In this document: positions 18,467-28,006 of the stretch, piece after piece
Position numbering within the stretch: position 1 is the stretch's first letter
Layout of the letters: every line of letters begins with the position of its first letter
Source of the DNA: an uncultured Candidatus Bathyarchaeia archaeon
GTDB taxonomy: Archaea > Thermoproteota > Bathyarchaeia > Bathyarchaeales > Bathycorpusculaceae
DNA: 46,611 nucleotides
NCBI GenBank assembly: GCA_964450845.1
Contig: CAYVGZ010000005.1
Location: 1 to 46,611 of the forward strand
Direction: 5' to 3'
Made by a program: the position numbers and the translations under genes
The notes under the pieces: generated by a model
Told to the model about the DNA's origin: nothing
Databases searched by the model: none
The model's input: the letters and a program-made list of their open reading frames with translations, nothing else

Positions 18467-18655
18467 ATGGAAATGGTAAAAATATTAGTTAATAATGACA
18501 AATGCACTGGATGCGGCACATGTGTAGATACTTGCCCAGTTGCAGTTTTTGAGATTAAAAACGAAAAGTCCGTTCCTGTAAAACCTGAAGAATGTTTGGT
18601 ATGCAGAGCTTGCGAAGTTCAATGTCCAGAAGGGGCAATTCAAGTGATCGAGTAG
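18467..18655 (+). CDS. 2x[4Fe-4S] ferredoxin
   Basis: CTGCGTCVDTCP and CLVCRACEVQCP. Confidence 0.93.
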   Translation: MEMVKILVNNDKCTGCGTCVDTCPVAVFEIKNEKSVPVKPEECLVCRACEVQCPEGAIQVIE

Positions 18656-18659
18656 CCTG

Positions 18660-19724
18660 CTAGTCTATATTCCAAAAAGCTTTTTGAACTTCTTTCACAT
18701 TCTCTATGATCTTTTCGCCTTGCCTTCTGTTACGTTTGCTGATTGCTGGAACTTTATCATCTACGACGTAAAGGGTTTCACTCGTTTTTGCGATGGCTGC
18801 TGCAGCTATTTTTCCAACAAATTTGAGGCTGTAACCTCCTTCAAGAACTGAAACTAGCCTCCCGCCGCATATTTCTGATGCTAAACTCACTATTACATCG
18901 TAAATGTCTTGGTAACATAACGCTGACAGGGAAAGGCTCGCCACTGGATCTGTGTAGTGACCGTCTAATCCAGCTGACACCAATATAAATTGCGGTTTAA
19001 ACTGGTATATTATTGGCGTTACAATTTCTCTTATTGCCTTTAGATAGATTTGGTCGCCAGTTCGGAAGGGAAGTGGAATGTTTACGTTGTAACCTAAACC
19101 GTAGCCCTTTCCGATTTCGTCTATAAAACCTGTTCCAGGAAACGCTCGTGGATTCTGATGCAAACTTATGTATAAGACCTTATTGGTTTCATAGAAGGTT
19201 TCTTGTGTTCCGTTTCCATGATGCGCATCTATATCTAATATTAAAATTTTCTGCAAATTGAATTTTTTAAGCAGATGTCTAGCGGCTATGGCAATGTTGT
19301 TGAAAATGCAAAAACCTTTTGCACAAAACTTTTCAGCATGATGTCCAGGTGGTCGCACTAGAGCGAAAGCATTTTCAAACCTTTTTTCCATGACAAGGTC
19401 GACAGCTTTAAGCGTTCCGCCCACAGCGTAAAGTGCAACTTCGAAACTCTCGGGAGAAGCTACTGTGTCTTCTAAATCCATGAGTCCTCCTCCAGACCTG
19501 CAGAAAGTCTCAACAAATTTAATGTATTCTATATCATGGACTAATTCGACATCTTCTATGCGAGCTTTTTCCGGCGCTACGAACTGCCAATTCTTGCTTC
19601 TCGAAAGTCTTCCCCTCTTTAGTTCGTTGACGATTATGCCAAGACGTTTTGCAGATTCTGGATGACCTCTGCCAGGATTGTGCTTATAGTATTCGGGAGA
19701 AAAAATGACAGCGGTTTTGTTCAT
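18660..19724 (-). CDS. Histone deacetylase family Zn amidohydrolase
   Basis: HPESAKRL, RPPGHHA, GFCIFNN, DIDAHHGNGTQ, SAGLDGH, LEGGY. Confidence 0.93.
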   Translation of the reverse strand: MNKTAVIFSPEYYKHNPGRGHPESAKRLGIIVNELKRGRLSRSKNWQFVAPEKARIEDVELVHDIEYIKFVETFCRSGGGLMDLEDTVASPESFEVALYAVGGTLKAVDLVMEKRFENAFALVRPPGHHAEKFCAKGFCIFNNIAIAARHLLKKFNLQKILILDIDAHHGNGTQETFYETNKVLYISLHQNPRAFPGTGFIDEIGKGYGLGYNVNIPLPFRTGDQIYLKAIREIVTPIIYQFKPQFILVSAGLDGHYTDPVASLSLSALCYQDIYDVIVSLASEICGGRLVSVLEGGYSLKFVGKIAAAAIAKTSETLYVVDDKVPAISKRNRRQGEKIIENVKEVQKAFWNID

Positions 19725-19725
19725 G

Positions 19726-21180
19726 TCATATCATCTTTTTGAGGACTGTTTGGAAAGTTTCCTGCATGTATTTCTTCATGGATATTCCTTTCATTGTGGC
19801 CAATTTTTTGAGAGTTTTGTTTATGCCCGTTGCATACTGTATTGCTCTTTTTGGTTTCTTCACTATAAATTGTGGAAGACCAAGATTTTCAGCAACCCGC
19901 CTCAAAACAAGTTTTCGTAGCCCGTTATTTTTCATTTCTATTTTTAGCTCTACTGGTAACTCTGTGGCGAATTTTGCTATTTGGTACGTTGCAAAGGGTA
20001 ACCGCAGTTCCACATCGTGAAAAGCGCAGATTTTAAAATCCCTTTCGAAGTTGGTTTTGTGCATTTTAAGAGCATCGTTAAAAAGTGTTTCACGTAATTT
20101 TTCACCACCATATGCTAAATAATCGTGTACGTATCGGTGATAGCCCCCGAAAAGCTCATCTGCGCCTTGCCCAGCCAGCATAACTTTAAAATTCATTTCT
20201 GCCGTTTTTTCTGCTGTCCAATAGAAAGGAATGCCTATACTCGCTTTAATGGGGTCTGACTCCTCAATCAACCAAAGAACCTTTGGAAGAACTTTTTCAA
20301 CATCCTCTGTATCATAAAAGTGGACATGAATTGGCAGTTCCAATTTTTCTGCTGCCATTTCTGCTTGTTCCGTTTCTGGCTGATTTTTTAGGCTTACATG
20401 AAGCAAATGCACATCTACGCCTGAATTTTTAGCCAAAAACGCAATTATGCTGCTGTCTAATCCTCCTGAAAAAGCCACTGCAACTTCCTTCAAGCCTGAA
20501 ACTCTTTCCTTGACTGAGCATTGCAAAAATTTTTGAAGTTTTTTTGCTGCAACAAACATTGTTGTGTGCTCTGCCTTCAAATAGGCAAGAGTCTTTATGG
20601 GTTTGAATTTGAAGCCGTTTTTATCAACGAATGCCATGTTTCCGGGCGGAAACGAATTTGCAGTTTTTATTCCGATTCTCCATAACGTTTTCTGTTCGGA
20701 AGCTAGAGCCGCAAAGTCCGTGTTTTCGCCATAATAGAAAGGTTGAATGCCCATGGGGTCTCTGCCTGCGATAATTTTTTCGGCTTCAGCTACTGCAAAA
20801 GCGAAACATCCTTCAGACTCTTCAATTAGGTTTTTAATGGCTTCTTTGCGGTTCTTTCCAAGTTTTTTGGCAACATCCTCTGCGTCAGAAACTTCCTTGG
20901 CTGGATAAATTCTTCCTTCAAAAGTTAGCGTTGCATCTTCAAGTTTTGTTGGTTGAGGCGTGTCATGCCTGAGAATTTTTGAGAAACCGTGTCCAACAAC
21001 TATTAGCGAATCTAAATTCTGGTTCTGCAGTGCTTCGACGGATTTTTCTATCTTTACAACGGTTGGTGACGCTATTCCAAAGGCTTCGATGCCTTTATGT
21101 TTTAACATTTTGAGCATAGCAACTGCTGTCTCTGTTGCATTTTCACCTCTCTTGTTAATCACCGCTATTATTGCTCCCAT
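19726..21180 (-). CDS. Asparagine synthetase B-like amidoligase lacking the N-terminal catalytic Cys
   Basis: RDPMGIQPFYY, AFSGGLDSS (PP-loop), GQGADELFGGY, ELRLPF, RPK-like KPKRAIQY. Begins MGAII instead of MCGI. Confidence 0.85.
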   Translation of the reverse strand: MGAIIAVINKRGENATETAVAMLKMLKHKGIEAFGIASPTVVKIEKSVEALQNQNLDSLIVVGHGFSKILRHDTPQPTKLEDATLTFEGRIYPAKEVSDAEDVAKKLGKNRKEAIKNLIEESEGCFAFAVAEAEKIIAGRDPMGIQPFYYGENTDFAALASEQKTLWRIGIKTANSFPPGNMAFVDKNGFKFKPIKTLAYLKAEHTTMFVAAKKLQKFLQCSVKERVSGLKEVAVAFSGGLDSSIIAFLAKNSGVDVHLLHVSLKNQPETEQAEMAAEKLELPIHVHFYDTEDVEKVLPKVLWLIEESDPIKASIGIPFYWTAEKTAEMNFKVMLAGQGADELFGGYHRYVHDYLAYGGEKLRETLFNDALKMHKTNFERDFKICAFHDVELRLPFATYQIAKFATELPVELKIEMKNNGLRKLVLRRVAENLGLPQFIVKKPKRAIQYATGINKTLKKLATMKGISMKKYMQETFQTVLKKMI

Positions 21181-21254
21181 GGCAAAGAGCCCTTTCGCTG
21201 TAAGACGTTATCTATTCTTTCGGTAAAACATTAATCTTTAATCGCCTTATCTTC

Positions 21255-22655
21255 TTGCGAGGGATAAATGACTTGTCCATTCTTCCCATAGACACGGGTC
21301 CAATTGAAACGGGCCGTTACGGAACTGCTGAAATGAGGAGAATCTTCGAGGAAGAAGCGCGGGTGCAGAGAATGCTTGATGTGGAAGTAGCCTTAGCATG
21401 GGCGCACGCTGAGGTTGGCAATATACCACGAAAAGATGCTGAAAAGATTGCTGCTGTGGCTTCGATAAAACATGTTAGATTAAGTCACATAAAGGAGATT
21501 GAACGTGAAATAAAACATGATGTTACCTCTTTGGTCAGAGCTTTTGCAGAAGCATGTGGACCAAGCGGGGCATATGTTCATCTAGGCGCAACAAGCTATG
21601 ATATCGTGGACACCGCAAATGCTTTACAACTAAAACAAGCTCTGGAACTAATTGAAAAAAAACTGGATGACTTCGAGAAGATCCTAATGGAAAAAGCCTT
21701 ACGGTACAGAAGCACGTTGATTATGGGTAGAACACATGGTCAGCATGCGTTGCCGATAACTTTGGGCTTTAAATTTGCAGTTTGGATGCGCGAGATTTCG
21801 CGGCATATTGAAAGGCTTAGGCAATGCAAAGAACGTGTTTTGGTTGGAAAAATGAGCGGAGCAGTAGGCACTCAAGCTGGCTTAGGTCCTAATGCTGTGA
21901 AGATTCAGGAACTCGTTATGCAACGGTTAGGGATTAAAGCTGCTGATATTTCTACACAAATCGTGCAGCGAGACCGCCATGCAGAACTTGTATGTTTGCT
22001 GGCTATGATTGCTTCTACGCTTGACAATTTTGCCACCGAGGTTCGAGAGTTGCAGAGACCTGAAATTGGGGAGCTTTTCGAGTTTTTTGAGGTTGAGAAG
22101 CAGGTTGGAAGTTCAACCATGTCTCAGAAGCGCAATCCTGAACTCTGTGAAAGGGTTTGCGGACTGGCTAGAATCGTTAGAAGCCTTGTTGTTCCAGCTT
22201 TAGAGAATGTTGTAACATGGCATGAACGCGATTTGACGCAGTCTTCTGCAGAGCGTTTCATAATTCCCGAAACATGCATTCTGACTGATCACATACTTTT
22301 CTTGATGATTAAAATTGTGGCTAATCTGCGTGTTGACGAAAAGCGCATGCTAAAAAACATTGAGCTGACTCAAGGACGTGTAATGTCAGAAGCGGTTATG
22401 ATTGCATTGACGAGGAAAGGCGTGAGTCGCCAAGAAGCCCACGAACTGCTTAGAAAATTGACAATAAAGAGTGAAACAGAGAGGCGACATTTCAAAGAAA
22501 TACTTTTAGAAGACAAGAACGTGAGGAGAAAACTCGCAGAGAAAGAAATCGAAGAGGCTTTAAAACCTAAAAATTATTTGGGAACGGCTAAAGAACAAGT
22601 TGCACGCATAGTTAAAAAAACAATAAAAGAGCGCAAGGCTAGAGGTCTAACTTAG
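21255..22655 (+). CDS. purB: Adenylosuccinate lyase (alternative TTG start at 21273)
   Basis: RYGTAEM, HDV, VHLGATSYD, GRTHGQHA.P, GAVGT, TQI..RD, GSSTMSQKRNP, HERDLTQSSAER. Confidence 0.95.
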   Translation: MRGINDLSILPIDTGPIETGRYGTAEMRRIFEEEARVQRMLDVEVALAWAHAEVGNIPRKDAEKIAAVASIKHVRLSHIKEIEREIKHDVTSLVRAFAEACGPSGAYVHLGATSYDIVDTANALQLKQALELIEKKLDDFEKILMEKALRYRSTLIMGRTHGQHALPITLGFKFAVWMREISRHIERLRQCKERVLVGKMSGAVGTQAGLGPNAVKIQELVMQRLGIKAADISTQIVQRDRHAELVCLLAMIASTLDNFATEVRELQRPEIGELFEFFEVEKQVGSSTMSQKRNPELCERVCGLARIVRSLVVPALENVVTWHERDLTQSSAERFIIPETCILTDHILFLMIKIVANLRVDEKRMLKNIELTQGRVMSEAVMIALTRKGVSRQEAHELLRKLTIKSETERRHFKEILLEDKNVRRKLAEKEIEEALKPKNYLGTAKEQVARIVKKTIKERKARGLT

Positions 22656-24883
22656 TATTCTGTTAAAGCCTTTTGCTTCCAAGCCTCTTCTTTTTCGAGT
22701 TTTTCCCAAAATTCCTTCTTTACAAAACCGCCAACTTGTTCTTTAATCCTCTTTGCTACTCTGGGTCCTATAAGCGGCAGATTCATTAAGTCTTCAATTT
22801 GCACTGTTTTTATGTCTTCTATTGTTTTATATCCAGCATTGTATATTATGCGCCCACGGGCTCTGCCAATCCCCTCCAGTTTAACTATTGGCAACAGTTC
22901 TTTCTTTACTCCTTTCTCTACTCTTTCCTTGAGTTCAATGGTTAGCGGCAAAGCTTGTTTGTTGCCGAAAAGCGTTGCTAATTCATGTGTGGCGTGAAGC
23001 AGCCATTTTGCGTTTTCAATGGTCCTGTAGAGATCGCCAGGTTGCGCTCTGAACCGTTCAATTATTCCATCTTCAGTCATCTCTTCAATCCAAGCACACA
23101 AAGTCATGGCTGTTTTTACTTCACCGAGAAACTGCTCGTAGATTATGCGGTCTTCCCACTCGTTTGGTATATCTACTAAGAGTTCTGTTCTGTGTTCTTC
23201 CATGAAAACAGATACTTCGTCTAATTCACGCGCATACGGCCGTAACACTGGACCCATGTCTGGAGTGTGCGCAATCATGTGGAGAAGGCTTAAATCTGTT
23301 AGGTATGCTGGTTTCCGCCTTAAGGCGTCGCGGATTATGACTCCTGAAACTGGGTCTATGTAGAGTTCGCTTACTCGCTTTCCAAACTTTGTAGCATAGA
23401 TGTTGTCGGCTGCAAGGTCAATCATTTCCTCATCGTATAGATATTTGAGGATTTTTGCTATGATGCTTTTAATTGCATTGACATCGTATTGGTGAGCGTA
23501 AAAGGTTCTGCCGAAAAAGTCGTAAATTCCCTGTTCCGTGTGAGCGAAATCTGCTGCAATCGTTGCTAAGACGTGCGATCGCAAAATTCTTTCAACAGCA
23601 AGCCGTGACCATATTCGCTCTGGACGCGCAAGAATGTAGCTTTCCATTAGATAGTCTGATTCATCAGCAGTTTTAGCGATAAGCAGGGCTTCTCCAACCT
23701 TGTCGTATTTTGGTCTTCCAGCTCTCCCTGCCATCTGTTTGTACTCTAAAACGCTGATTGGGTAATAGCCATATCCAGGTTCGTATCGTCTATAATCTTG
23801 GATTATAACTGTTCTGGCAGGTAGGTTTACGCCGAAAGCCAGTGTTGGCGTTGCCGTTAAAACCTTAATCTTTCCCTGTCGGAAAGAATCCTCTATTAAT
23901 TTGCGGTGTCCACCGCCTAAACCAGCGTGGTGAAAGGCTGTGCCACGCTTAACCAGCTCTGCAAGTGACTCGCTTATTCTTGTTCTTTCGCCAGCCACCA
24001 AAATTCTCTCTGATTCGTTCTCTAAAGCGCGTTTCACAGACTTGGATAAGACTTCGTCAACTTCGCCTGCAACTCTATTCGCAAGAGTAACAGCGTTTTT
24101 CCGCGTAGATGCAAAGATTAACGCTTGACCGCCAAATTTGACCGTGTTTAATGCCAAATTTATTGCTGTGTTCTTTGTCTTCTTCTCTATTTTGCGTGCG
24201 TCTCCATCCCTGAATTGGATTTCGTCATGTAAGAGAACGCCTTCCTTTAGAGGGATTGGCCTCCATTCAGTTGTAACATAGTCTGCTTTAAGCCACTCCG
24301 CAATTTCTTCAACATTGTTTATTGTTGCGCTTAAGGCTAAAACCTGTATGTCCGGATTAATCTGCATGAGCCTTGCCAAAACAACCTCAAGGGTTGGACC
24401 GCGTTCAGCTTCATTTAGCAAGTGCACTTCGTCGGCGACTATGAGCGAAATCTCGTCCATCCATTTGGCTCTATGTCTCAGAAGCGAGTCTGCTTTCTCG
24501 TTTGTAGTTATGATTATGTCATATCTTTCCAGCCACGGGTCGTTGCTGTCAAAATCGCCTGTGCTGATGCCTATCCTTACACGTTTTCCTTCAGTTTTCC
24601 TTATTGAAGCATATTTTTTGAAATCTTGGAATTTTTCATTGGCTAGAGCCCTTAGAGGCGTTAGATAAATTGTTTTTCCGTTTTTTTCTAATATATGCTT
24701 GAGGGCGCAAAACTCCGCAACCAAAGTTTTTCCAGAGGCTGTTGGACTGGCTAGAACAAGATTTTTTCCTTCAAGGGCTCCAGCTTTTATTGCTTCCTCC
24801 TGCGGCGGATAAAGCTCAACGATTCCAGACCTAATTATAATTTCTTTAACTGATTCTGGTATCTGCAAATCCGTTACTTTCAC
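22652..24883 (-). CDS. hel308: Hel308/Hjm Ski2-like SF2 DNA helicase
   Basis: LYPPQ, SPTASGKT, ADEVHLL, LSATI, AFHHAGL, TLAFGVNLPA, QMAGRAGRP, C-terminal HhH (LEGIGRARGR). GTG at 24883 is preferred over the track start at 24925. Confidence 0.95.
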   Translation of the reverse strand: MKVTDLQIPESVKEIIIRSGIVELYPPQEEAIKAGALEGKNLVLASPTASGKTLVAEFCALKHILEKNGKTIYLTPLRALANEKFQDFKKYASIRKTEGKRVRIGISTGDFDSNDPWLERYDIIITTNEKADSLLRHRAKWMDEISLIVADEVHLLNEAERGPTLEVVLARLMQINPDIQVLALSATINNVEEIAEWLKADYVTTEWRPIPLKEGVLLHDEIQFRDGDARKIEKKTKNTAINLALNTVKFGGQALIFASTRKNAVTLANRVAGEVDEVLSKSVKRALENESERILVAGERTRISESLAELVKRGTAFHHAGLGGGHRKLIEDSFRQGKIKVLTATPTLAFGVNLPARTVIIQDYRRYEPGYGYYPISVLEYKQMAGRAGRPKYDKVGEALLIAKTADESDYLMESYILARPERIWSRLAVERILRSHVLATIAADFAHTEQGIYDFFGRTFYAHQYDVNAIKSIIAKILKYLYDEEMIDLAADNIYATKFGKRVSELYIDPVSGVIIRDALRRKPAYLTDLSLLHMIAHTPDMGPVLRPYARELDEVSVFMEEHRTELLVDIPNEWEDRIIYEQFLGEVKTAMTLCAWIEEMTEDGIIERFRAQPGDLYRTIENAKWLLHATHELATLFGNKQALPLTIELKERVEKGVKKELLPIVKLEGIGRARGRIIYNAGYKTIEDIKTVQIEDLMNLPLIGPRVAKRIKEQVGGFVKKEFWEKLEKEEAWKQKALTEY

Positions 24884-25044
24884 TTGAATGCGCCCATTTC
24901 TTCTCTTACAACAGCATTTTACCACATCAACAATTATAAAATGTTATGTGTGGATAACAAGTTTGTTTAGGTTATGTTTTTTTATTAGATGAGTGATACT
25001 AAGCTTTAGAAGAATGGTATTTGCCCATTGAGGATTGAGTTAGA

Positions 25045-26268
25045 ATGGTTGAAAACGTGAAACAACTGCTTAAAGCGCACGAAGGCATAAAACACGAGGT
25101 CTATCTTGACATTGAAAATTCAAGCATTGTTTCCAAAGAAATAATTGAAGCGATGCTGCCATACTACGATCAACGCGCGTATGGCAACCCAACGCTAACG
25201 CATAAGCCTGGCTGGGAAGCCTTCGAAACAATAATGGAATCAGCACAAAAAATTTCCACATTTTTGGGATGCAAAACACTTGAGGAAGTCAACTTTACCC
25301 CAGGAGAAACAGAAGCCAACAACCTAGCATTGATAGGAACAGTCTCTTCAATGAAAGACAAAGGCAAAAAAATTGTGATTTCAGAAATTGAGCCCATAAG
25401 TGTTTTGTATGTTACCGAAATGCTGCAAAAACACGGATTTTCCACAACGAAAATCCCAGTTGACAGCGAAGGCTTCATAGACCTTGAAAAGCTAAGAGAA
25501 GCTGTTGATAAAGAGACAGTTCTTGTAAGCTTGTCGGTTGTAAACCACGAAATTGGAACAATACAGTCAATCAAAGAAGCGATAGAAATAGTTAAGGACA
25601 AAAACTTGGAAACAATTTTCCACACTGATGCTTCAGATGCTTATGGCAAAATTCACTTCAATGTTAAGGATTTAGGTGTAGATTTAGCCACGATAAGCAG
25701 CTACAAAATTTTGGGACCGCGTGGAATAGGCGCCCTATATATACGTGAAGGGGTTAATGTGGAAAGAATTTTGGAAGGTCAAATAGGGACGCAGAAACTT
25801 TGGCCTGGAGTTGAAAATACGCCTCTAATTGTTGGTTTCGCTAAAGCGTCTGTCTTGGCTTTCCAAAATTTTGAAGAAAACGTTCGTCACATGCGAAGGC
25901 TGCGGGATAAACTGTTTGATGGGATAACTGGAAAAGTATCGGATGTTAGAGTTAACGGACCTAAAGGCGACAAAAGGTCTCCTGACAACGTGAACATAAG
26001 CTTTCTGAGGTGTGAAGGTGAAGCTTTAACAATCGAGCTAAGCCTAAACGGCGTTTACGTTTCAAGCGGAAGCGCGTGTACACGGCGTCTCCTCCAACCG
26101 AGCCACGTTCTTGTTGCTATGGGCAGAAAGTTTGACGAAGCCCACGGCAGCATACTAATGAAGGTCACACGGTATCATACTGAAGAAGATATAGACTATG
26201 TTCTAAGCGTGATTCCAAAGGCTGTTGAAAGAATAAGAGGAATAACTGGTTCCACAGGAGTTGAGTAA
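25045..26268 (+). CDS. IscS/NifS-like cysteine desulfurase homolog with degenerate PLP/substrate-binding residues
   Basis: Group I fold (YGNP, NHEIGTIQ, KILGPRGIGALY, SSGSACT...PSHVL.AMG), but EH to EP, DAxQ to DASD, SGHK to SSYK, and IRFS to ILMK. Confidence 0.85.
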   Translation: MVENVKQLLKAHEGIKHEVYLDIENSSIVSKEIIEAMLPYYDQRAYGNPTLTHKPGWEAFETIMESAQKISTFLGCKTLEEVNFTPGETEANNLALIGTVSSMKDKGKKIVISEIEPISVLYVTEMLQKHGFSTTKIPVDSEGFIDLEKLREAVDKETVLVSLSVVNHEIGTIQSIKEAIEIVKDKNLETIFHTDASDAYGKIHFNVKDLGVDLATISSYKILGPRGIGALYIREGVNVERILEGQIGTQKLWPGVENTPLIVGFAKASVLAFQNFEENVRHMRRLRDKLFDGITGKVSDVRVNGPKGDKRSPDNVNISFLRCEGEALTIELSLNGVYVSSGSACTRRLLQPSHVLVAMGRKFDEAHGSILMKVTRYHTEEDIDYVLSVIPKAVERIRGITGSTGVE

Positions 26269-26270
26269 TT

Positions 26271-26771
26271 ATGTCGCGAACGCCTCTGCCCTATAATCCT
26301 AAGGTTCTAGATTTGTTCAGAAATCCTAAAAATCTGGGAAAAATGGAAGATGCCACAGTTACGGCAGTCGCGGGAAACCCCTTATGCGGAGACATGATCA
26401 CCTTCTACCTAAAAATCAACGATCAAGACGTAATCGAAAAGGCATCCTTTGAAAGTTACGGTTGCGCCGCAAACATAGCAACTTCAAGCATAGTCACAGA
26501 AATGATTAAAGGAATGAAACTTGAAGATGCATGGAAAGTCTCGTGGAAAAGCGTTACAGAAGCTGTGGGTGGGTTGCCAAGCATAAAGTTTCACTGTGGC
26601 ATTCTGGCCGTTGGAGCACTTAAAAGGGCCATCAGAAAATACTTTGAAAACAAGGGAGACTCTCCTGATTGGCTGTTGAAAGAACCAAGTTTTGAAGAAA
26701 AACAAGCATTGGAAGAAGAAGAGCTAGCAAAAGTACTCTCAAAAAGAATGAAAACCGAAGAGGAAAAATAA
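26271..26771 (+). CDS. iscU: IscU/NifU-N-type Fe-S scaffold protein with a charged C-terminal extension
   Basis: NPKNLG, GNPLCGD, FESYGCAA, LPSIKFHC: three Cys plus the conserved Asp and His. Confidence 0.92.
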   Translation: MSRTPLPYNPKVLDLFRNPKNLGKMEDATVTAVAGNPLCGDMITFYLKINDQDVIEKASFESYGCAANIATSSIVTEMIKGMKLEDAWKVSWKSVTEAVGGLPSIKFHCGILAVGALKRAIRKYFENKGDSPDWLLKEPSFEEKQALEEEELAKVLSKRMKTEEEK

Positions 26772-28006
26772 TGTTGGATCCGTACAAAATTCGGGAAGAC
26801 TTTCCAATATTAAAGCGAAAAATAAACAATTACCCACTGATCTATTTCGACAACGCTGCAACTTCGCAAAAACCAAAACAGGTAATCGACGCCATCAAAA
26901 ATTTCTATGAAAATCATAACGCAAACGTCCATAGAGCCGTTCACACGCTTTCTCAGGAAGCATCTGAACTTTACGAGGAGGCGCACGAAGAGGTTGCCAA
27001 TTTCATAAACGCAAATAGCATGGAAGAAATAGTTTTTGTGAGAGGTACAACTGAAGCAATAAACTTGGTTGCCTACGCTTGGGGTCTTCGAAATTTAAGG
27101 AAAGACGATGAAGTCATAGTGTCATTGATGGAGCATCACAGCAACATCGTTCCTTGGGAAATTCTTTCAAAACTGACCGGGTTTAACGTTAAGTACATAG
27201 AAGTAAATGATGATGGAACCCTAAATTATGAGGCTTTTGAAAATATAATGTCCAACAAAACTAAAATTGTCTGCATCTCTCAAGTTTCAAACTTTAGCGG
27301 GGTCATAAACGATGTTAAGAGAGTCGCAAGGGTTGCCCATGAGCATGGTGCCTTAACCGTCATCGACGGAGCGCAATCCGTTCCTCATTTACCTATTAAC
27401 GTTAAAGATTTGGATGTAGATTTTTTTGCGTTTTCTGGACATAAAATGTTGGGTCCAACAGGCATAGGCGCCCTATACGGGAAGCGTGAGATTCTGGAGA
27501 AGATGGAGCCATTTCAAGGTGGTGGCGAAATGATACGGGAAGTCTCCTTCAACCAAGTAACTAAACGCTGTTCCATCATATGGAATGATTTGCCTTGGAA
27601 GTTCGAAGCTGGAACACCCGACATCTGCGGCGGCGTTGGGCTGATGGAAGCAGTAAAATATCTGAGAAGGCTAGGTATGGAAAACGTTAAGGCACATGAA
27701 TGTATGTTGACAGAATATGCCACGCGACGCATGCAAGAGTGCCAAAAGGTCAAGATTTACGGACCAAAAGATGCGTCCGTTAAATGTGGCATAATTCCTT
27801 TTAACGTTGAAGGTTTAAGTTCGCACGACATTGCCCTGTTCTTGGACAATTATGGAATCACTATCAGAAGTGGCTTCCACTGCGCCCAACCATTACATGA
27901 AATATTCAGGCTAAAATCCTCAGCTAGAGCAAGCTTCTACATCTACAACACTCGCGAAGAAGTCGACCGATTCATTCAAGTTTTGAAGGAGATTGAGCGG
28001 GTTTAA
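26771..28006 (+). CDS. sufS: SufS-type (group II) cysteine desulfurase
   Basis: YFDNAATSQKP, NANVHR, MEHHSN.VPW, DGAQSVPH, FSGHKMLGPTG, KFEAGTP, RSGFHCAQP, ARASFY.YN. Confidence 0.94.
   Translation: MLDPYKIREDFPILKRKINNYPLIYFDNAATSQKPKQVIDAIKNFYENHNANVHRAVHTLSQEASELYEEAHEEVANFINANSMEEIVFVRGTTEAINLVAYAWGLRNLRKDDEVIVSLMEHHSNIVPWEILSKLTGFNVKYIEVNDDGTLNYEAFENIMSNKTKIVCISQVSNFSGVINDVKRVARVAHEHGALTVIDGAQSVPHLPINVKDLDVDFFAFSGHKMLGPTGIGALYGKREILEKMEPFQGGGEMIREVSFNQVTKRCSIIWNDLPWKFEAGTPDICGGVGLMEAVKYLRRLGMENVKAHECMLTEYATRRMQECQKVKIYGPKDASVKCGIIPFNVEGLSSHDIALFLDNYGITIRSGFHCAQPLHEIFRLKSSARASFYIYNTREEVDRFIQVLKEIERV

Noticed and set aside
24884-24925. MVKCCCKRRNGRIQ N-terminal extension of Hel308
   Set aside because: Not seen in the family; the GTG at 24883 gives the usual start.
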